Positions 42,760 through 53,321 of a stretch of DNA of 64,000 bases are shown one piece after another. Within the stretch, counting starts at the first letter, position 1; every line of letters starts with the position of its first letter. The position numbers and the translations under genes were made by a program. Origin of the DNA: Nitrospirota bacterium (GTDB lineage: Bacteria; Nitrospirota; Thermodesulfovibrionia; Thermodesulfovibrionales; Dissulfurispiraceae); contig CAWBMP010000004.1 in the NCBI GenBank assembly GCA_963790025.1, positions 512,001-576,000 of the forward strand. Reading direction: 5' to 3'. The notes beneath the pieces were generated by a model. It was not told the DNA's origin. It saw only the letters and a list, made by a program, of their open reading frames with translations, and ran no database searches.

Positions 42760-43308
42760 CTATGAACTATAATGCTGCCTGTTGACAAATTTGAGCACAA
42801 AATATCCTCCTATGAAGAGTATGCTTATAGTCGAAGCTATAAAGACAAGATTTCTCATATTGATTCCAATATCCTGCAGGCTGTGACCTCCCGCGTAGCC
42901 GACAGCGACCCATGCAGCAATTGTAAACAGGGAGGTGAAGGCGTCTGTCAAAATGAATTTCAGGCGCGGCATTTTCATAATACCGGAGGCGAGTATTATT
43001 TGAACTCTGATTCCTATTAAATGTCTTCCGAACAATATAATGAGAATGCCGTGTCTATGGAATTTTTTTTCAATTTCGAATAGTTTGGAAGGCGGCAATA
43101 ACCTATTAAACCACCTGTGAGTAATTGCCATGCGCCCATATTTTCTGCCAAAAGTGTAAATCACATAATCAGCTATGACTATCCCGGCAAAAACGACAAT
43201 CAACGCCTGCACAGGCTTTATCACATCAACTTGTATCAACAGGCCACATAGAATGAGAGTAGCATCCTCAGGGAAAAAAGGTATGCCCACCCCTCCCAGC
43301 AGGAGCAA
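42760..43308 (-). CDS. DedA/VTT family membrane protein (start uncertain)
   Basis: G.P.FPEDATLI, GRHLIGIR. Confidence 0.8.
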   Translation of the reverse strand: MLLLGGVGIPFFPEDATLILCGLLIQVDVIKPVQALIVVFAGIVIADYVIYTFGRKYGRMAITHRWFNRLLPPSKLFEIEKKFHRHGILIILFGRHLIGIRVQIILASGIMKMPRLKFILTDAFTSLFTIAAWVAVGYAGGHSLQDIGINMRNLVFIASTISILFIGGYFVLKFVNRQHYSS

Positions 43309-43474
43309 TACAAAGAGTCCGATATACGGAGAATCAGCTAGTATCGATAAAATATGCTTGCCCCTCTCATTCCTATTTTTTCATTATCTTGCGAGCTGAC
43401 TTGATCATCGACCAGCAGCACTTTTTTATGTCTTATGTTTACTCGCAAAAACCTCCCCGAAACGTTTTTTGCCT

Positions 43475-44185
43475 TTAAACTTCTTTCTTGATCTTTGATT
43501 TTTTCATATTGAGGCCTATACCCTCGAATACGTAAAATATCCCGAAGCCCCACCATACTGTGTAAAGCACATAAAACAGAAGCAGTCCCGTTAGAAGCAC
43601 GGCATGTTCGCTGACTTTTTGACCGTCGATTTTATAAAAGTTATAGGCCGGCTCAACTGCCTTCTTGTTGACTTCACCGACTGCCTTTGACTCCTCTATA
43701 TGTTTGTCTTTCTTCAGCGCCTTTTCGATTGACGCCAGCCCCTGCCACCAATCCTTCATGACTTTTGTTTCACTGTACCCATAGCGATCGGAAACAGCCT
43801 TGCCGTCATTTTTGTACATCGCGTCCGAATCCTTCAGCACGCTTTGCAGCACGACGCCAAGATCTCCGCTCATTTTAAGTGTCCCTTGTTTTACCTCGAC
43901 CGCGGCGCCGGCCCCCGTCAGGAGCTTCGCTATCCTGGCTGCATCATCGGTTTTTTCAAGCTTTATAGTCGTTGCAAACTGCTTACCGTTGAATTCGGCA
44001 GCATTCTTTGCCATCCTGGGTATGAAATAAGAAGATCCTTTCGCAAGTCTGTTAAAGGTGTCGTCCGCGAATTGCAGCCCGTTTTTCCCGTCAAATAAAG
44101 GGGAGAAAATCAGCAGCAGGACAGCTAAAAAAGACATCATTAAAAGAAGCCCGGTCCAAAACCGTTTCTTGCTGCGAATCAGCAT
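43475..44185 (-). CDS. Conserved membrane protein downstream of the TSUP transporter
   Basis: N- and C-terminal TM helices; translationally coupled to the TSUP gene. Confidence 0.75.
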   Translation of the reverse strand: MLIRSKKRFWTGLLLMMSFLAVLLLIFSPLFDGKNGLQFADDTFNRLAKGSSYFIPRMAKNAAEFNGKQFATTIKLEKTDDAARIAKLLTGAGAAVEVKQGTLKMSGDLGVVLQSVLKDSDAMYKNDGKAVSDRYGYSETKVMKDWWQGLASIEKALKKDKHIEESKAVGEVNKKAVEPAYNFYKIDGQKVSEHAVLLTGLLLFYVLYTVWWGFGIFYVFEGIGLNMKKSKIKKEV

Positions 44186-44186
44186 G

Positions 44187-45470
44187 TTACACCTCCTTTT
44201 TAATCAAGGGGACTTTTACGTATTCATCTTCGCCCCTCAGTTTACTTATATTCATTAAAAACTTCCCGATCACCCACACGGTAAACACACCTACCACTAT
44301 CCAGAACAAAACGTTCCCCGCTGACTCGATCATCTTGACCGTAGTTTTTGAGACACTGATCATTTCGAACTCTACCAGTTTCTTCGGCAGTGTTGCGGCC
44401 CTGTTGACAAAGCCCGCAAGGATCGTTACCGCATAGAAACCCCTGATGTGGATACCTTTGACTACCTTCGTTGTCAGGGCCCCGATCTGGATGCCTATCA
44501 GTGAGCCCAGAAGCATACCCATTGCCAGCGTATAGAATACGTACCCGTAAATGGCGTATTGCACTATTGATCCGACACCTGCTGTGAAGATGATCTGAAG
44601 GATATCGGTCCCTACTGTCGTCATCGAGGAAACACCGAAAACGTACACAAACATCGGGAATGTGACAAAGCCGCCTCCCATGCCCATTACCGAAGCCAGC
44701 AAGCCCACTATAACACCGCCAAGGGCCACGACTACGGCGGAGATTTGCCTGCCTCCAGGCACAAAGTCTTCATCAAAAGTAATTGAGGGCGGGATTTTTA
44801 ACCTCTGCACATTTATTGCAAGGCCGGTAAGCCCTGACGTCCCGCCATGGGCATCGACAACTTGCTTCGACCTGGTCGATTTCCAGAAGTCCGAAAGCGC
44901 ATAGAACCCCAGAAATCCCAGAACTATTGCATAGACAATGCTGATAAAAAAATCGCTTAGATTAGGATCATAGGTGTAGATCGCCTTGTTTATATAGCCG
45001 CCTATGAAGGTGCCCCCAACGGAACCAACCAGAAATGCGATTGCCAGTTTCCCCGAAACGTTGCCCAGCTTCTTGTGAACTGCAGTCCCCATGATCGCTT
45101 TTGCAAATATATGGAAAAGGTCTGTTCCTACGGCCAGAATCCCCTTGACTCCGGCAGCCATCAGCGCAGGGGTTATAACAAATCCGCCTCCCGCTCCTAT
45201 ACAGCCCGTGATCAGGCCTGCACACAGCCCAATGGCAATAGAAACAACAAAGATGTACGTGGAATAGAATGAGGGCGCATAGGCTTCCTTGCCGCCGATC
45301 ATGTCTGATGCCGCAGCAAAACCCACTACCAGGATCGGAACCAGCATAGCTAATAAGACAAGAAGCTTTTTCCTGTTTCTTATTATGCTCAAGGAAGTTT
45401 CGATCTCCCACCGGGCATGGGCCTGGGCACCCATCTTTAGAAATTCGAAAACCTGTCTCGGAATACTCAT
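44187..45470 (-). CDS. Sulfite exporter TauE/SafE (TSUP) family transporter
   Basis: GCIGAGGGFVITP, AVGTDL, MGMGGGF repeat. Confidence 0.9.
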   Translation of the reverse strand: MSIPRQVFEFLKMGAQAHARWEIETSLSIIRNRKKLLVLLAMLVPILVVGFAAASDMIGGKEAYAPSFYSTYIFVVSIAIGLCAGLITGCIGAGGGFVITPALMAAGVKGILAVGTDLFHIFAKAIMGTAVHKKLGNVSGKLAIAFLVGSVGGTFIGGYINKAIYTYDPNLSDFFISIVYAIVLGFLGFYALSDFWKSTRSKQVVDAHGGTSGLTGLAINVQRLKIPPSITFDEDFVPGGRQISAVVVALGGVIVGLLASVMGMGGGFVTFPMFVYVFGVSSMTTVGTDILQIIFTAGVGSIVQYAIYGYVFYTLAMGMLLGSLIGIQIGALTTKVVKGIHIRGFYAVTILAGFVNRAATLPKKLVEFEMISVSKTTVKMIESAGNVLFWIVVGVFTVWVIGKFLMNISKLRGEDEYVKVPLIKKEV

Positions 45471-45509
45471 TATATACTCCTCCTCATTAAACGAGATGCT
45501 TATCCATGT

Positions 45510-46286
45510 TCACAGCGCAACGGCCTGCTGAGGTTTTTCGATTTTCGTCCAGTACGCCTCCTTGATCTTCCCGGCCAGCATATCGATGTCGGCAGGCTTG
45601 TTGACGAAATCAAAGGCGCCAAGCTTTGCCGCCTCCTCCCTGTCGCCCTTGGTCTCCCTTCCAGAGAGCATGATAACCTGCATGGCGGGGGAGGATTGTT
45701 TTACCCTCCTCAGCACCTCAATTCCATCCATCCCCGGCATTCTCAAATCCAGGATCATGATGTCCGGCTTCTCTCTTTGGACAAAACCAATCGTCTCCTC
45801 TCCGCTCGTCGCAACATCTGTCTTCAGGTTCCTCAGGTTCAGCCTCTTTGCAAGAGAGGTCACAAATTCGACCTCGTCATCGACAAGAAGAATCTTGAAG
45901 GTCGAGAAATCGCTTGGGACAATGGAGACACTGCACGGAGCGCGCCTCCCGATTTCTGCATACTTTTCAGGGATGAGGATCAGCTCGATCCTATTTTCCT
46001 TTGCGTACTTGACAAACTCTTCCTCGGGAATGCCATCCATGGTGGTGAAGCTCACTCTTATCCCTTTCCCCACTTCAGCAATGATCTTCTCCGCTTCAGA
46101 CAGGTAATAGGAAAGCTCACGTCGTGCGGTTTCCTCAGCGTTGAACCCCGCATACTCAGTAATAAGGGCACTGTCGAGCACATGGATGACGTGAAGCTCG
46201 CCGCCCGTCGTCTTCGCCCTGAACAATCCATACCTCACAACGTCCTTCGAATTCAACGTGCCATCATAGACCGCCAATATCCTCAT
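45510..46286 (-). CDS. Universal stress protein - response regulator receiver fusion
   Basis: ILAVYDG...APCSV USP fold followed by VDDE...LDLRMPG...KP; RBS GGAGG. Confidence 0.85.
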   Translation of the reverse strand: MRILAVYDGTLNSKDVVRYGLFRAKTTGGELHVIHVLDSALITEYAGFNAEETARRELSYYLSEAEKIIAEVGKGIRVSFTTMDGIPEEEFVKYAKENRIELILIPEKYAEIGRRAPCSVSIVPSDFSTFKILLVDDEVEFVTSLAKRLNLRNLKTDVATSGEETIGFVQREKPDIMILDLRMPGMDGIEVLRRVKQSSPAMQVIMLSGRETKGDREEAAKLGAFDFVNKPADIDMLAGKIKEAYWTKIEKPQQAVAL

Positions 46287-46416
46287 GTCAACCTCCTTTA
46301 AGCACCGCTTTGTGGCAAATCGGGCCACTTATTGTCCCAGCCGCAATTGCCCTTAAATTCAAATTCCATCTCATCATCAACAATAAGCACCTTTGTCTGC
46401 ACCATAAAACCTCCGT

Positions 46417-48174
46417 TTACCCAATCTCCTTGTGGACGGGTATCTCAATCAAAAACAATGTTCCCTTCCCCTCCTCGGTCTCCACTGTTATCGTCCCCCC
46501 GAGTCTGGTTATGATGCCGTAGGATATGGAGAGACCGAGACCCGTCCCTTTTCCTTTCTCTTTTGTCGTGTAGAATGGCTCGAATATATGCTTCAGTACA
46601 TCCCTGGGCATACCGGGACCATCATCTTTTATGGTGACGCGTACTGTATCTTTGTCCTTAAGCTCGGTCCCTACGTCAATCAGCCCTCCGTTTTTAACGG
46701 CGTCAACGGCATTGTTGATAATATTCAGAAACACCTGCTGGAGCTGTCCCTTATCGCTCAGCACCAGCGGAATGTTATCTCCGAGATGCACGTAAAGGCG
46801 GACATTTCTATATAGCATCTCCCGCTCGACGAACCCCAGGACCTCCGTTATCGTTTCATTGATATCAGTCTCCATCGGTGTAACGTCCATCCTCCTGGCA
46901 AATCCCAGGAGGCGATGGGTGATCGTTCTGCAGCGGTTCAGACTGTCAGAAATCCCTTTTATCTGAGCAATAAAATTCTCCTTGTTGGGAAAGTCCCCTG
47001 ACATCCCGAGGATATCTTTCATAAGTCCTGCTTTCTCATTGATGATCGCCAGAGGGTTGTTGATCTCATGCGCAACGCCGGCTGCAAGCCTACCGATTGA
47101 CGCGAGCTTCCCGGCGTGCTCTGTCTCGGCGATCGCTTCCTCCCTCTTTTGCTCCGCCTCCCTGATCCAGTTCACCGCGGTGAAGGATATGCGCAGGTTT
47201 ACGATGATACCGATCACGATGAGCGCCCCGATAAGATAAATCACCCCGAGCCCGCTTCGGAAAATTCCGAAGAGCTTTGAATATGCCGTCGACTTGATGA
47301 CGACGCCCAGGAACCATGGGGAGTTCCGTATCGGGGCATACCCCAGGATGAAGCGGCTCTGATCGGCCACTATCATTTCGGTAAGAAAAACCCGCTGTTG
47401 GGGTACCGGCATAGGCAGAACGACCTTTTCAAGCACGCGGCCATGGGACCGCGAAGGGGTTTGAAGGGTCCCCTCCCGATTGATAATGAACGCATCGTCG
47501 TCCTGCTTGATATTGATTGTCGACAAATACCTGTGCAGCGTCTCAACGTCTATCGTGGCCCTCAGAATCCAGAAAGTATCTTTCCCGGGGATCTCTCTCC
47601 GTACCGCTATCGCGAAATGAGGGATCTTACGATATCCCATGAAGACTTCGCTGATGTAGACCCCCCTCACCGTAGCCTCATTAAACCAGTCCTGGCCTGA
47701 ATAATCTTTCCCCTGGAGCTGGTACGGGCCTGCATACGAGCGCTGGATACCTTTTGCATCGATTACTCCGAGGTCGACAAGCTCTCCGAATTCATTCTTG
47801 AAATTGACAAACAGGGAATAAAGCACTTTCTTATCGGACACCTGGTCGTAGGTGTAGGTCGCCGAAAGGAACCGAAGGACAGCGAGTTTCTCTTCCAGGA
47901 GGAACCCTACGGATTGTGAGGTGCTCTCCAGCTGCCACTCAACCTGATTGTTGATGTCTTCTTTCACATTACTTTTCAGCCAGAGAAAACTGGCGATTGT
48001 GACGATGATGAGCGGGACGCCGGCGAGCATACCGATGAGCAGAAATATCTTGATCTTAAGGCTTTTGTACCTGTCTTTCGTCAGGAACAAGACAGGGTCG
48101 TCAGCCAGATCGTGAAAGCCAAAGACCTTACAACAACCGACAAACCATTCCTTTATTTTTCCTGCAAACAACAT
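46417..48174 (-). CDS. Cache-domain sensor histidine kinase
   Basis: GVAHEINNPL, NIINNA.DA, GTGLGL. Confidence 0.93.
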   Translation of the reverse strand: MLFAGKIKEWFVGCCKVFGFHDLADDPVLFLTKDRYKSLKIKIFLLIGMLAGVPLIIVTIASFLWLKSNVKEDINNQVEWQLESTSQSVGFLLEEKLAVLRFLSATYTYDQVSDKKVLYSLFVNFKNEFGELVDLGVIDAKGIQRSYAGPYQLQGKDYSGQDWFNEATVRGVYISEVFMGYRKIPHFAIAVRREIPGKDTFWILRATIDVETLHRYLSTINIKQDDDAFIINREGTLQTPSRSHGRVLEKVVLPMPVPQQRVFLTEMIVADQSRFILGYAPIRNSPWFLGVVIKSTAYSKLFGIFRSGLGVIYLIGALIVIGIIVNLRISFTAVNWIREAEQKREEAIAETEHAGKLASIGRLAAGVAHEINNPLAIINEKAGLMKDILGMSGDFPNKENFIAQIKGISDSLNRCRTITHRLLGFARRMDVTPMETDINETITEVLGFVEREMLYRNVRLYVHLGDNIPLVLSDKGQLQQVFLNIINNAVDAVKNGGLIDVGTELKDKDTVRVTIKDDGPGMPRDVLKHIFEPFYTTKEKGKGTGLGLSISYGIITRLGGTITVETEEGKGTLFLIEIPVHKEIG

Positions 48175-48470
48175 AGTCCTCTCTTGTTAGTCTCGCCTGC
48201 ATTAACACATTCCTTTGCAAAAGCTGATTCGGGACGGATGGCGTCTGCTCGACTTTAGACAAACCGGGATCAACCTGACACCGCTTCGCTTTGAGCCGTG
48301 CTCCAATTCAAGGTGGTGGCTTCGGACCACCACCTTGACCACAGGGTCGCTTAGCGCTCCTTGGAAACTCACCTTATGATAAGTAAAAGCTATACCAGTA
48401 AGGTTTATCAATCAGGAATATGGAAGCACGAAGTCAGGAAATTCCTGATCCGGATAATTCATGGACCTGA

Positions 48471-48542
48471 GATATGTGGGCAGTGCGTTACCGGCCCGCA
48501 CTGAAAAACTCAGGTGGTCCGGAGCAAAAACAAACTGACCCA
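48471..48542. repeat. Partial inverted copy of the 58429-58607 MITE-like element
   Basis: GATATGTGGG...CTCAGGTGGTCCGGAGCAAAAACAAACTGACC aligns with the reverse complement of 58441-58510. Confidence 0.7.
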
Positions 48543-48596
48543 TTGCAGGCTTTACTTATAGCCGGATTAGTAATATATAATATGGACATCAACTAT

Positions 48597-48818
48597 ATGG
48601 CTAAGAAACCAAAAGGAAAAATTGTTATAGATAAGGAACTGTGCAAGGGGTGCCGGTATTGCATAGAGGCATGCCCGAAAGGTTCCATCGTTGTTGATAC
48701 CAAGTTCAACAGTGTGGGCTGCTTTCCAGTAGATTTTTCACATCCTGAGCAATGCACCGGCTGTGCCATGTGCGCCTGGATGTGCCCTGAAATAGCAATC
48801 GAAGTCTGGCGCGAATAG
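48597..48818 (+). CDS. 2x[4Fe-4S] ferredoxin (2-oxoacid oxidoreductase delta-subunit-like)
   Basis: CKGCRYCIEACP, CTGCAMCAWMCP. Confidence 0.9.
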   Translation: MAKKPKGKIVIDKELCKGCRYCIEACPKGSIVVDTKFNSVGCFPVDFSHPEQCTGCAMCAWMCPEIAIEVWRE

Positions 48819-48929
48819 CGTGCGGCGTATTGCGTACAACGTTCTGCGTAAAAAAAGTACTTCTGCCTTGAACGCAGTACACAGAACGCAGTACGCTGAA
48901 CATATAAAAAAAGCGACGGGAGGTGTCGT

Positions 48930-49145
48930 ATGGCTAAAAAAGTATTGATTTTTGGAAAAGCCGGTTGACCCTTTACTGAGAAGGCCGTTTCGGCTTTCGG
49001 GAACAGTGCAGATTATTTCGATGTCAAGGCTGATGAAACAAAAATGGAAGAAATGCTGAGGTATTCAGGAGGAGTCAGGAAGGTGCCGGTCGTAGTTGAA
49101 AACGGGAAGGCCGTTGTCGGCTACGGAGGCTCATGAGGGGTTTGA
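48930..49145 (+). CDS. Glutaredoxin-like selenoprotein with two Sec (U13, U69); UXX-star-type
   Basis: RBS GGAGGT; MAKKVLIFGKAG-U-PFT...RKVPVVVENGKAVVGYGGS-U-GV*; a hairpin starts 11 nt after each UGA. Confidence 0.88.
48980..48998 (+). promoter_or_regulatory. SECIS-like hairpin 1
   Basis: GAAGGCCG-TTT-CGGCTTTC, 11 nt after UGA 48966-48968. Confidence 0.75.
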
Positions 49146-49147
49146 TC

Positions 49148-49164
49148 GCCGGTCGTGTACCGGC
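49148..49164 (+). promoter_or_regulatory. SECIS-like hairpin 2 (in the 3' UTR)
   Basis: GCCGGT-CGTGT-ACCGGC, 11 nt after UGA 49134-49136. Confidence 0.75.
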
Positions 49165-49186
49165 ACAAGAGTAAATGAGTAAATGA

Positions 49187-50569
49187 GTGAATGGGTTAAT
49201 GGGTAAAAAAGCTAGAAGGTTAAGATTTTACTCGAATACTCATATACTCATTTTCTCATATACTTTATTGTTGTGTCTTTTTCCTGTGACGTTGCATGCC
49301 TCCATTACAGACGCCACAAAAGAGTTTACGCTCAGGAACGGTCTTAAAGTACTGGTCGTTGAAGACCACAAGGCCCCGGTAATAACATTTCAGGTGTGGT
49401 ACAGAATAGGTTCACGCTACGAGTCTATCGGCAAGACCGGCCTGAGTCATTTCCTGGAACACATGATGTTTAAGGGGACGCCGGAATTCGGTCCCAAAAC
49501 ATTTTCAAATATTATCCAGCGCAATGGCGGCACCGACAATGCCTTTACAACAAAGGAATACACCGTCTACTTCGAATCGATCTCATCAGACAGAGTAAGT
49601 ATTCCCATAGAACTCGAATCCGACAGAATGACAAACCTTCTCCTCGCTCCTAAAGAGGTATCATCCGAACGGAATGTGGTCATGGAGGAGCGGCGTATGC
49701 GGTACGATGACAACCCTCAGAACTTGCTTGAAGAGGAAGTGACGGCCCTCGCCTTCAGCGCGCATCCCTACCGGTGGCCCGTTATCGGATGGATGTCTGA
49801 CATCACCGGACTCAGCAGGGACGACCTTTACCGTCACTACAAACAAAACTATTCGCCGGACAATGCCTTTATTGTTATTGCAGGGGATGTTAATACCGGT
49901 ACGCTATTGCCTCAGCTCGACAAATATTTCGGCGCAATCGCCCCTTCCGGGAAGAGGCCGGCTGAAGTACCCACAAAGGAACCCAGGCAACAAGGCGAGA
50001 AAAGGATAAATCTGAGGAAAGAACCGGTACAACTCCCGTTTATTCTTATTGCATACCATGTCCCTTCCTTCCCCAATGAGGACAGTTTTGCCCTTGATGT
50101 ATTGTCCACCATCCTTTCAGGAGGGAAAAGCTCGCGGCTTTACCTGGACCTGGTATACGAAAAGAGAATGGCCCTCAGCGCTTTTGCCGATTACAGCGGC
50201 TTCTACAAAGATCCGTTCCTTTTTACCCTGGGCGCGAACGCTCCACCGGGCAAAGACATCAGTGAGTTGGAAAAACTCCTGTACGATCAGATCGACAATA
50301 TTAAAAAAGCCCCTCCGTCGGAACGGGAAATGCAAAAGGCTAAAAACCAGATAGAGGCTTCATTTATTTTTGCCCAGGATTCCAACTATTCAAAAGCACA
50401 TTATACGGGGCTGTTTGAAATTCAGGGGGGATGGAGGCTTATGGACGCCTATCTCCAAGGGATCAGGAAAGTAAAATCTTCCGATGTTCAGGCCGTGGCG
50501 AAAAAATACTTCGTCACGGACAATAAGACGGTGGGTATTTTACTGCCCGGCAGGAGAAGTGAGCAATGA
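49187..50569 (+). CDS. M16 family peptidase, catalytic subunit, exported (start uncertain)
   Basis: Signal-like segment, HFLEHMMFKG, NAFT, EERRMR. Confidence 0.92.
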   Translation: MNGLMGKKARRLRFYSNTHILIFSYTLLLCLFPVTLHASITDATKEFTLRNGLKVLVVEDHKAPVITFQVWYRIGSRYESIGKTGLSHFLEHMMFKGTPEFGPKTFSNIIQRNGGTDNAFTTKEYTVYFESISSDRVSIPIELESDRMTNLLLAPKEVSSERNVVMEERRMRYDDNPQNLLEEEVTALAFSAHPYRWPVIGWMSDITGLSRDDLYRHYKQNYSPDNAFIVIAGDVNTGTLLPQLDKYFGAIAPSGKRPAEVPTKEPRQQGEKRINLRKEPVQLPFILIAYHVPSFPNEDSFALDVLSTILSGGKSSRLYLDLVYEKRMALSAFADYSGFYKDPFLFTLGANAPPGKDISELEKLLYDQIDNIKKAPPSEREMQKAKNQIEASFIFAQDSNYSKAHYTGLFEIQGGWRLMDAYLQGIRKVKSSDVQAVAKKYFVTDNKTVGILLPGRRSEQ

Positions 50570-51900
50570 CAATGCGTGCAACATTCTGCATAGTGCTTCT
50601 TTCTATCTGCATCCATGTCACCGGTGCTCGTGCCATGGAGGTGAAGAAATATACCGGACCAAATGGTCTTTTGGTGGTACAGGTTGAACAGCACTCCCTC
50701 CCCATAGTAATGGCCACGCTCCTTATAAAGGCATCTCCCCTGGATGAGCAGCCGGATAAAGCAGGGGTTGCGAACCTGACATCGAAAATGCTTACCGAAG
50801 GTACGGTACAAAAAAGTGCCGCCGAACTGAATGAGGACATTGAATTCCTCGGAGCGTCCCTGGAAACAGCGACAAATTATGACTATACTACAGTCTCGCT
50901 CTCAGTTCTCAAAAAAGATATTGATACAGGATTCGCATTATTTTCAGACGTAGTACTGAACCCCGCTTTCAAAGAGGATGATCTCAAGAGAAAAAAGGAC
51001 CTGGTCCTGGGCGCTTTTAAGCAGAAAGAGGAAGAGCCATCCTTCGTTGCAAAAAAGGCGTTCCTTCAAGGTGTCTTTGGGACCCATGCTTACGGCAGGC
51101 CAGTTGAAGGGGATGAGGCCACGGTCAAGGGCTTGAATAGGGAAGATGTCGCGCATTTTTATCACATGCATTATTTGCCGGGAAATGCGGTCCTCTGCGT
51201 AGTTGGAGACCTGACAACCGGAGAACTTGATGCATTAATAAAAAAATACTTCTCCCCCTGGCAAGGTCATGCGGCACAACATGCCGTTTCTCCGCATAAA
51301 GAAAAAACGACTATTGGAATAACAGGCGTAAAACGCGTCCTGATCAACAGGGCTATCAGCCAGGCAAACATAATACTCGGCCATAAAGGAATCGCGCGTG
51401 ACAATCCTGATTATTATGCCGTGACCGTTATGAACTATATTCTCGGCGGCGGTGGCTTCGCCTCACGTCTTATGAAGGTCGAAAGAGAAGAGATGGGTCT
51501 CACATACAACATCCGCAGTTCCTTTGCGGCCAATAAGGAACCGGGGCAGTTCGAAGTGGAAGTCCAGACAAAAAACGAGTCTGGAGGTACCGTTGTTGAG
51601 GAGACGCTCGGGCAGATAAGAAAGATCCGGTCGGGACCTGTTTCAGATCAGGAACTCGCAGATGCCAAGGCATACCTGACAGGAAGCTTTCCGCTAAGAC
51701 TTGAGACCAGCAGAAGGGTCGCAGACTTCCTGGCTGCAGTCCAGTTCTATGGTCTTGGCGATGATTACATCCGGAAATATCCCGCCTATATAAATAGCGT
51801 CACAAAAGAGGAGGTGCTGAGAGTAGCAAATAAATATCTGAATACGGAAAACTACGTATTGGTCATTGTCGGAAACCAGAAAGAAATAAGTAAAAAGTAA
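50566..51900 (+). CDS. M16 family peptidase, non-catalytic partner subunit
   Basis: Signal peptide; HxxEH replaced by NLTSK; LGGGGFASRL. Confidence 0.9.
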   Translation: MTMRATFCIVLLSICIHVTGARAMEVKKYTGPNGLLVVQVEQHSLPIVMATLLIKASPLDEQPDKAGVANLTSKMLTEGTVQKSAAELNEDIEFLGASLETATNYDYTTVSLSVLKKDIDTGFALFSDVVLNPAFKEDDLKRKKDLVLGAFKQKEEEPSFVAKKAFLQGVFGTHAYGRPVEGDEATVKGLNREDVAHFYHMHYLPGNAVLCVVGDLTTGELDALIKKYFSPWQGHAAQHAVSPHKEKTTIGITGVKRVLINRAISQANIILGHKGIARDNPDYYAVTVMNYILGGGGFASRLMKVEREEMGLTYNIRSSFAANKEPGQFEVEVQTKNESGGTVVEETLGQIRKIRSGPVSDQELADAKAYLTGSFPLRLETSRRVADFLAAVQFYGLGDDYIRKYPAYINSVTKEEVLRVANKYLNTENYVLVIVGNQKEISKK

Positions 51901-51983
51901 AAGGTAAGAAGCAAAGACAAACAGATAATAGTTTCTTTTGTTGTTTTAACTTTTTACTTTTCACTTTTTACTTTTTTACTTGA

Positions 51984-52694
51984 TTATTGCCTCATTTTCA
52001 ATTTCCTGAAAATATCCATCAGCTCAGCGGCAGAAAGCTGTCCCGGTGCAGACGGAGTATTGATATAGCCATATGTAATCAGCGAGCCGAAGAGCGGGCC
52101 GAATACCCGTGAGGGCAATCCCTTATCACCCATTGCCATCGTTATTATACCCTTGCTTTTATGGCGCAGCGTAAGCAGCATCAACCTGACAAAATCATTC
52201 TCCTCTATTGCCGTTACCGCTATTTTCACCACGTCTGCACCTTTCTGTATCCCTGACGCGATAACCTGTTCGAGAAAAATGTCAGGCGGAGTCAAATCGA
52301 AATTGTGGTAAGAACCTATGAGAAGCTTCCCTTTGTCCCTGCACAATTCCTTTGCGCGCTTCAGCATATCTCCCGAACAGACTTCAACATCGACGGCATC
52401 GGCGAAGTGGATTAAAAGGCGATACATATCCAGCCTGTCCTGAATTTCTTTTTGCCCGCCCTCTTTAATGTCTCTGACCGTACCTATAATCGGCTTGCCG
52501 AACTTGTCCCTTGCGGACCGGAATACCTGTTCAATATGTTCCGGCGCCAGAGAGTCGAACATATCAACCCTTAATTCAATAATATCAGTGTTGCTAAGGC
52601 GTTCAGGCCCGATACCCGATACATCGGAATCCGTGAGCACTCCAACAATTAGCGGCAGGTCCCCCAATTTACAATTACCGATAAACAGGTCCAT
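51984..52694 (-). CDS. aroD: Type I 3-dehydroquinate dehydratase
   Basis: ELRVD, SYHNF..TP, VKIA, SAPGQ. Confidence 0.93.
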   Translation of the reverse strand: MDLFIGNCKLGDLPLIVGVLTDSDVSGIGPERLSNTDIIELRVDMFDSLAPEHIEQVFRSARDKFGKPIIGTVRDIKEGGQKEIQDRLDMYRLLIHFADAVDVEVCSGDMLKRAKELCRDKGKLLIGSYHNFDLTPPDIFLEQVIASGIQKGADVVKIAVTAIEENDFVRLMLLTLRHKSKGIITMAMGDKGLPSRVFGPLFGSLITYGYINTPSAPGQLSAAELMDIFRKLKMRQ

Positions 52695-52778
52695 ATGTAA
52701 GTAGTATACTTAATAACAGATATGGAAATCTAAGATGTTTTATTAAGATTACAAACCTTATAATCCGGAGGGAATAAA

Positions 52779-53219
52779 GTGAACAATCCTTTACAGATCA
52801 AAATTAAATACTTCGATGACACAGTGCCCCGCATCCAAAAGGTCGAGAAAGGAGACTGGATTGACCTCTATGCGGCCGAAAACGTCAGGCTCAGTGCCGG
52901 TGATTCCTTCCTCGTCCCATTAGGCATAGCAATGAGACTGCCTGATGGATACGAGGCCCATGTCGCGCCCCGTTCGAGCACATTTAAAACATGGGGTATT
53001 CTGCAGCCTAACTCGCCGGGGATTGTCGACAGTGCTTATTGCGGCGACAACGACCAGTGGAAAATGTCGGTGTACGCCGCAAAAGACACGACTATCCATA
53101 AGGGCGACAAAATCTGTCATTTCAGAATTATAGAAAAGATGCCCGAAGTAATCTTTGAGGAAGTCCAAACGCTCGGCAATCCCGACCGCGGAGGATTCGG
53201 CAGTACCGGGAAAAAATAG
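52779..53219 (+). CDS. dut: Trimeric dUTPase
   Basis: [20 protein letters not shown]. Confidence 0.93.
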   Translation: MNNPLQIKIKYFDDTVPRIQKVEKGDWIDLYAAENVRLSAGDSFLVPLGIAMRLPDGYEAHVAPRSSTFKTWGILQPNSPGIVDSAYCGDNDQWKMSVYAAKDTTIHKGDKICHFRIIEKMPEVIFEEVQTLGNPDRGGFGSTGKK

Positions 53220-53321
53220 GACATCACTTGTAACTTTACAATGGTAATATTAGACTTAATGATATAGATCGAAATGACTGCGCTATCGGTAACAATACGT
53301 GCGCAAAGGGGGCTGGAAAAG

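Noticed and set aside
48474..48596. N-terminal extension of the ferredoxin ORF
   Set aside because: Overlaps the MITE-like fragment; ferredoxin similarity begins at ATG 48597
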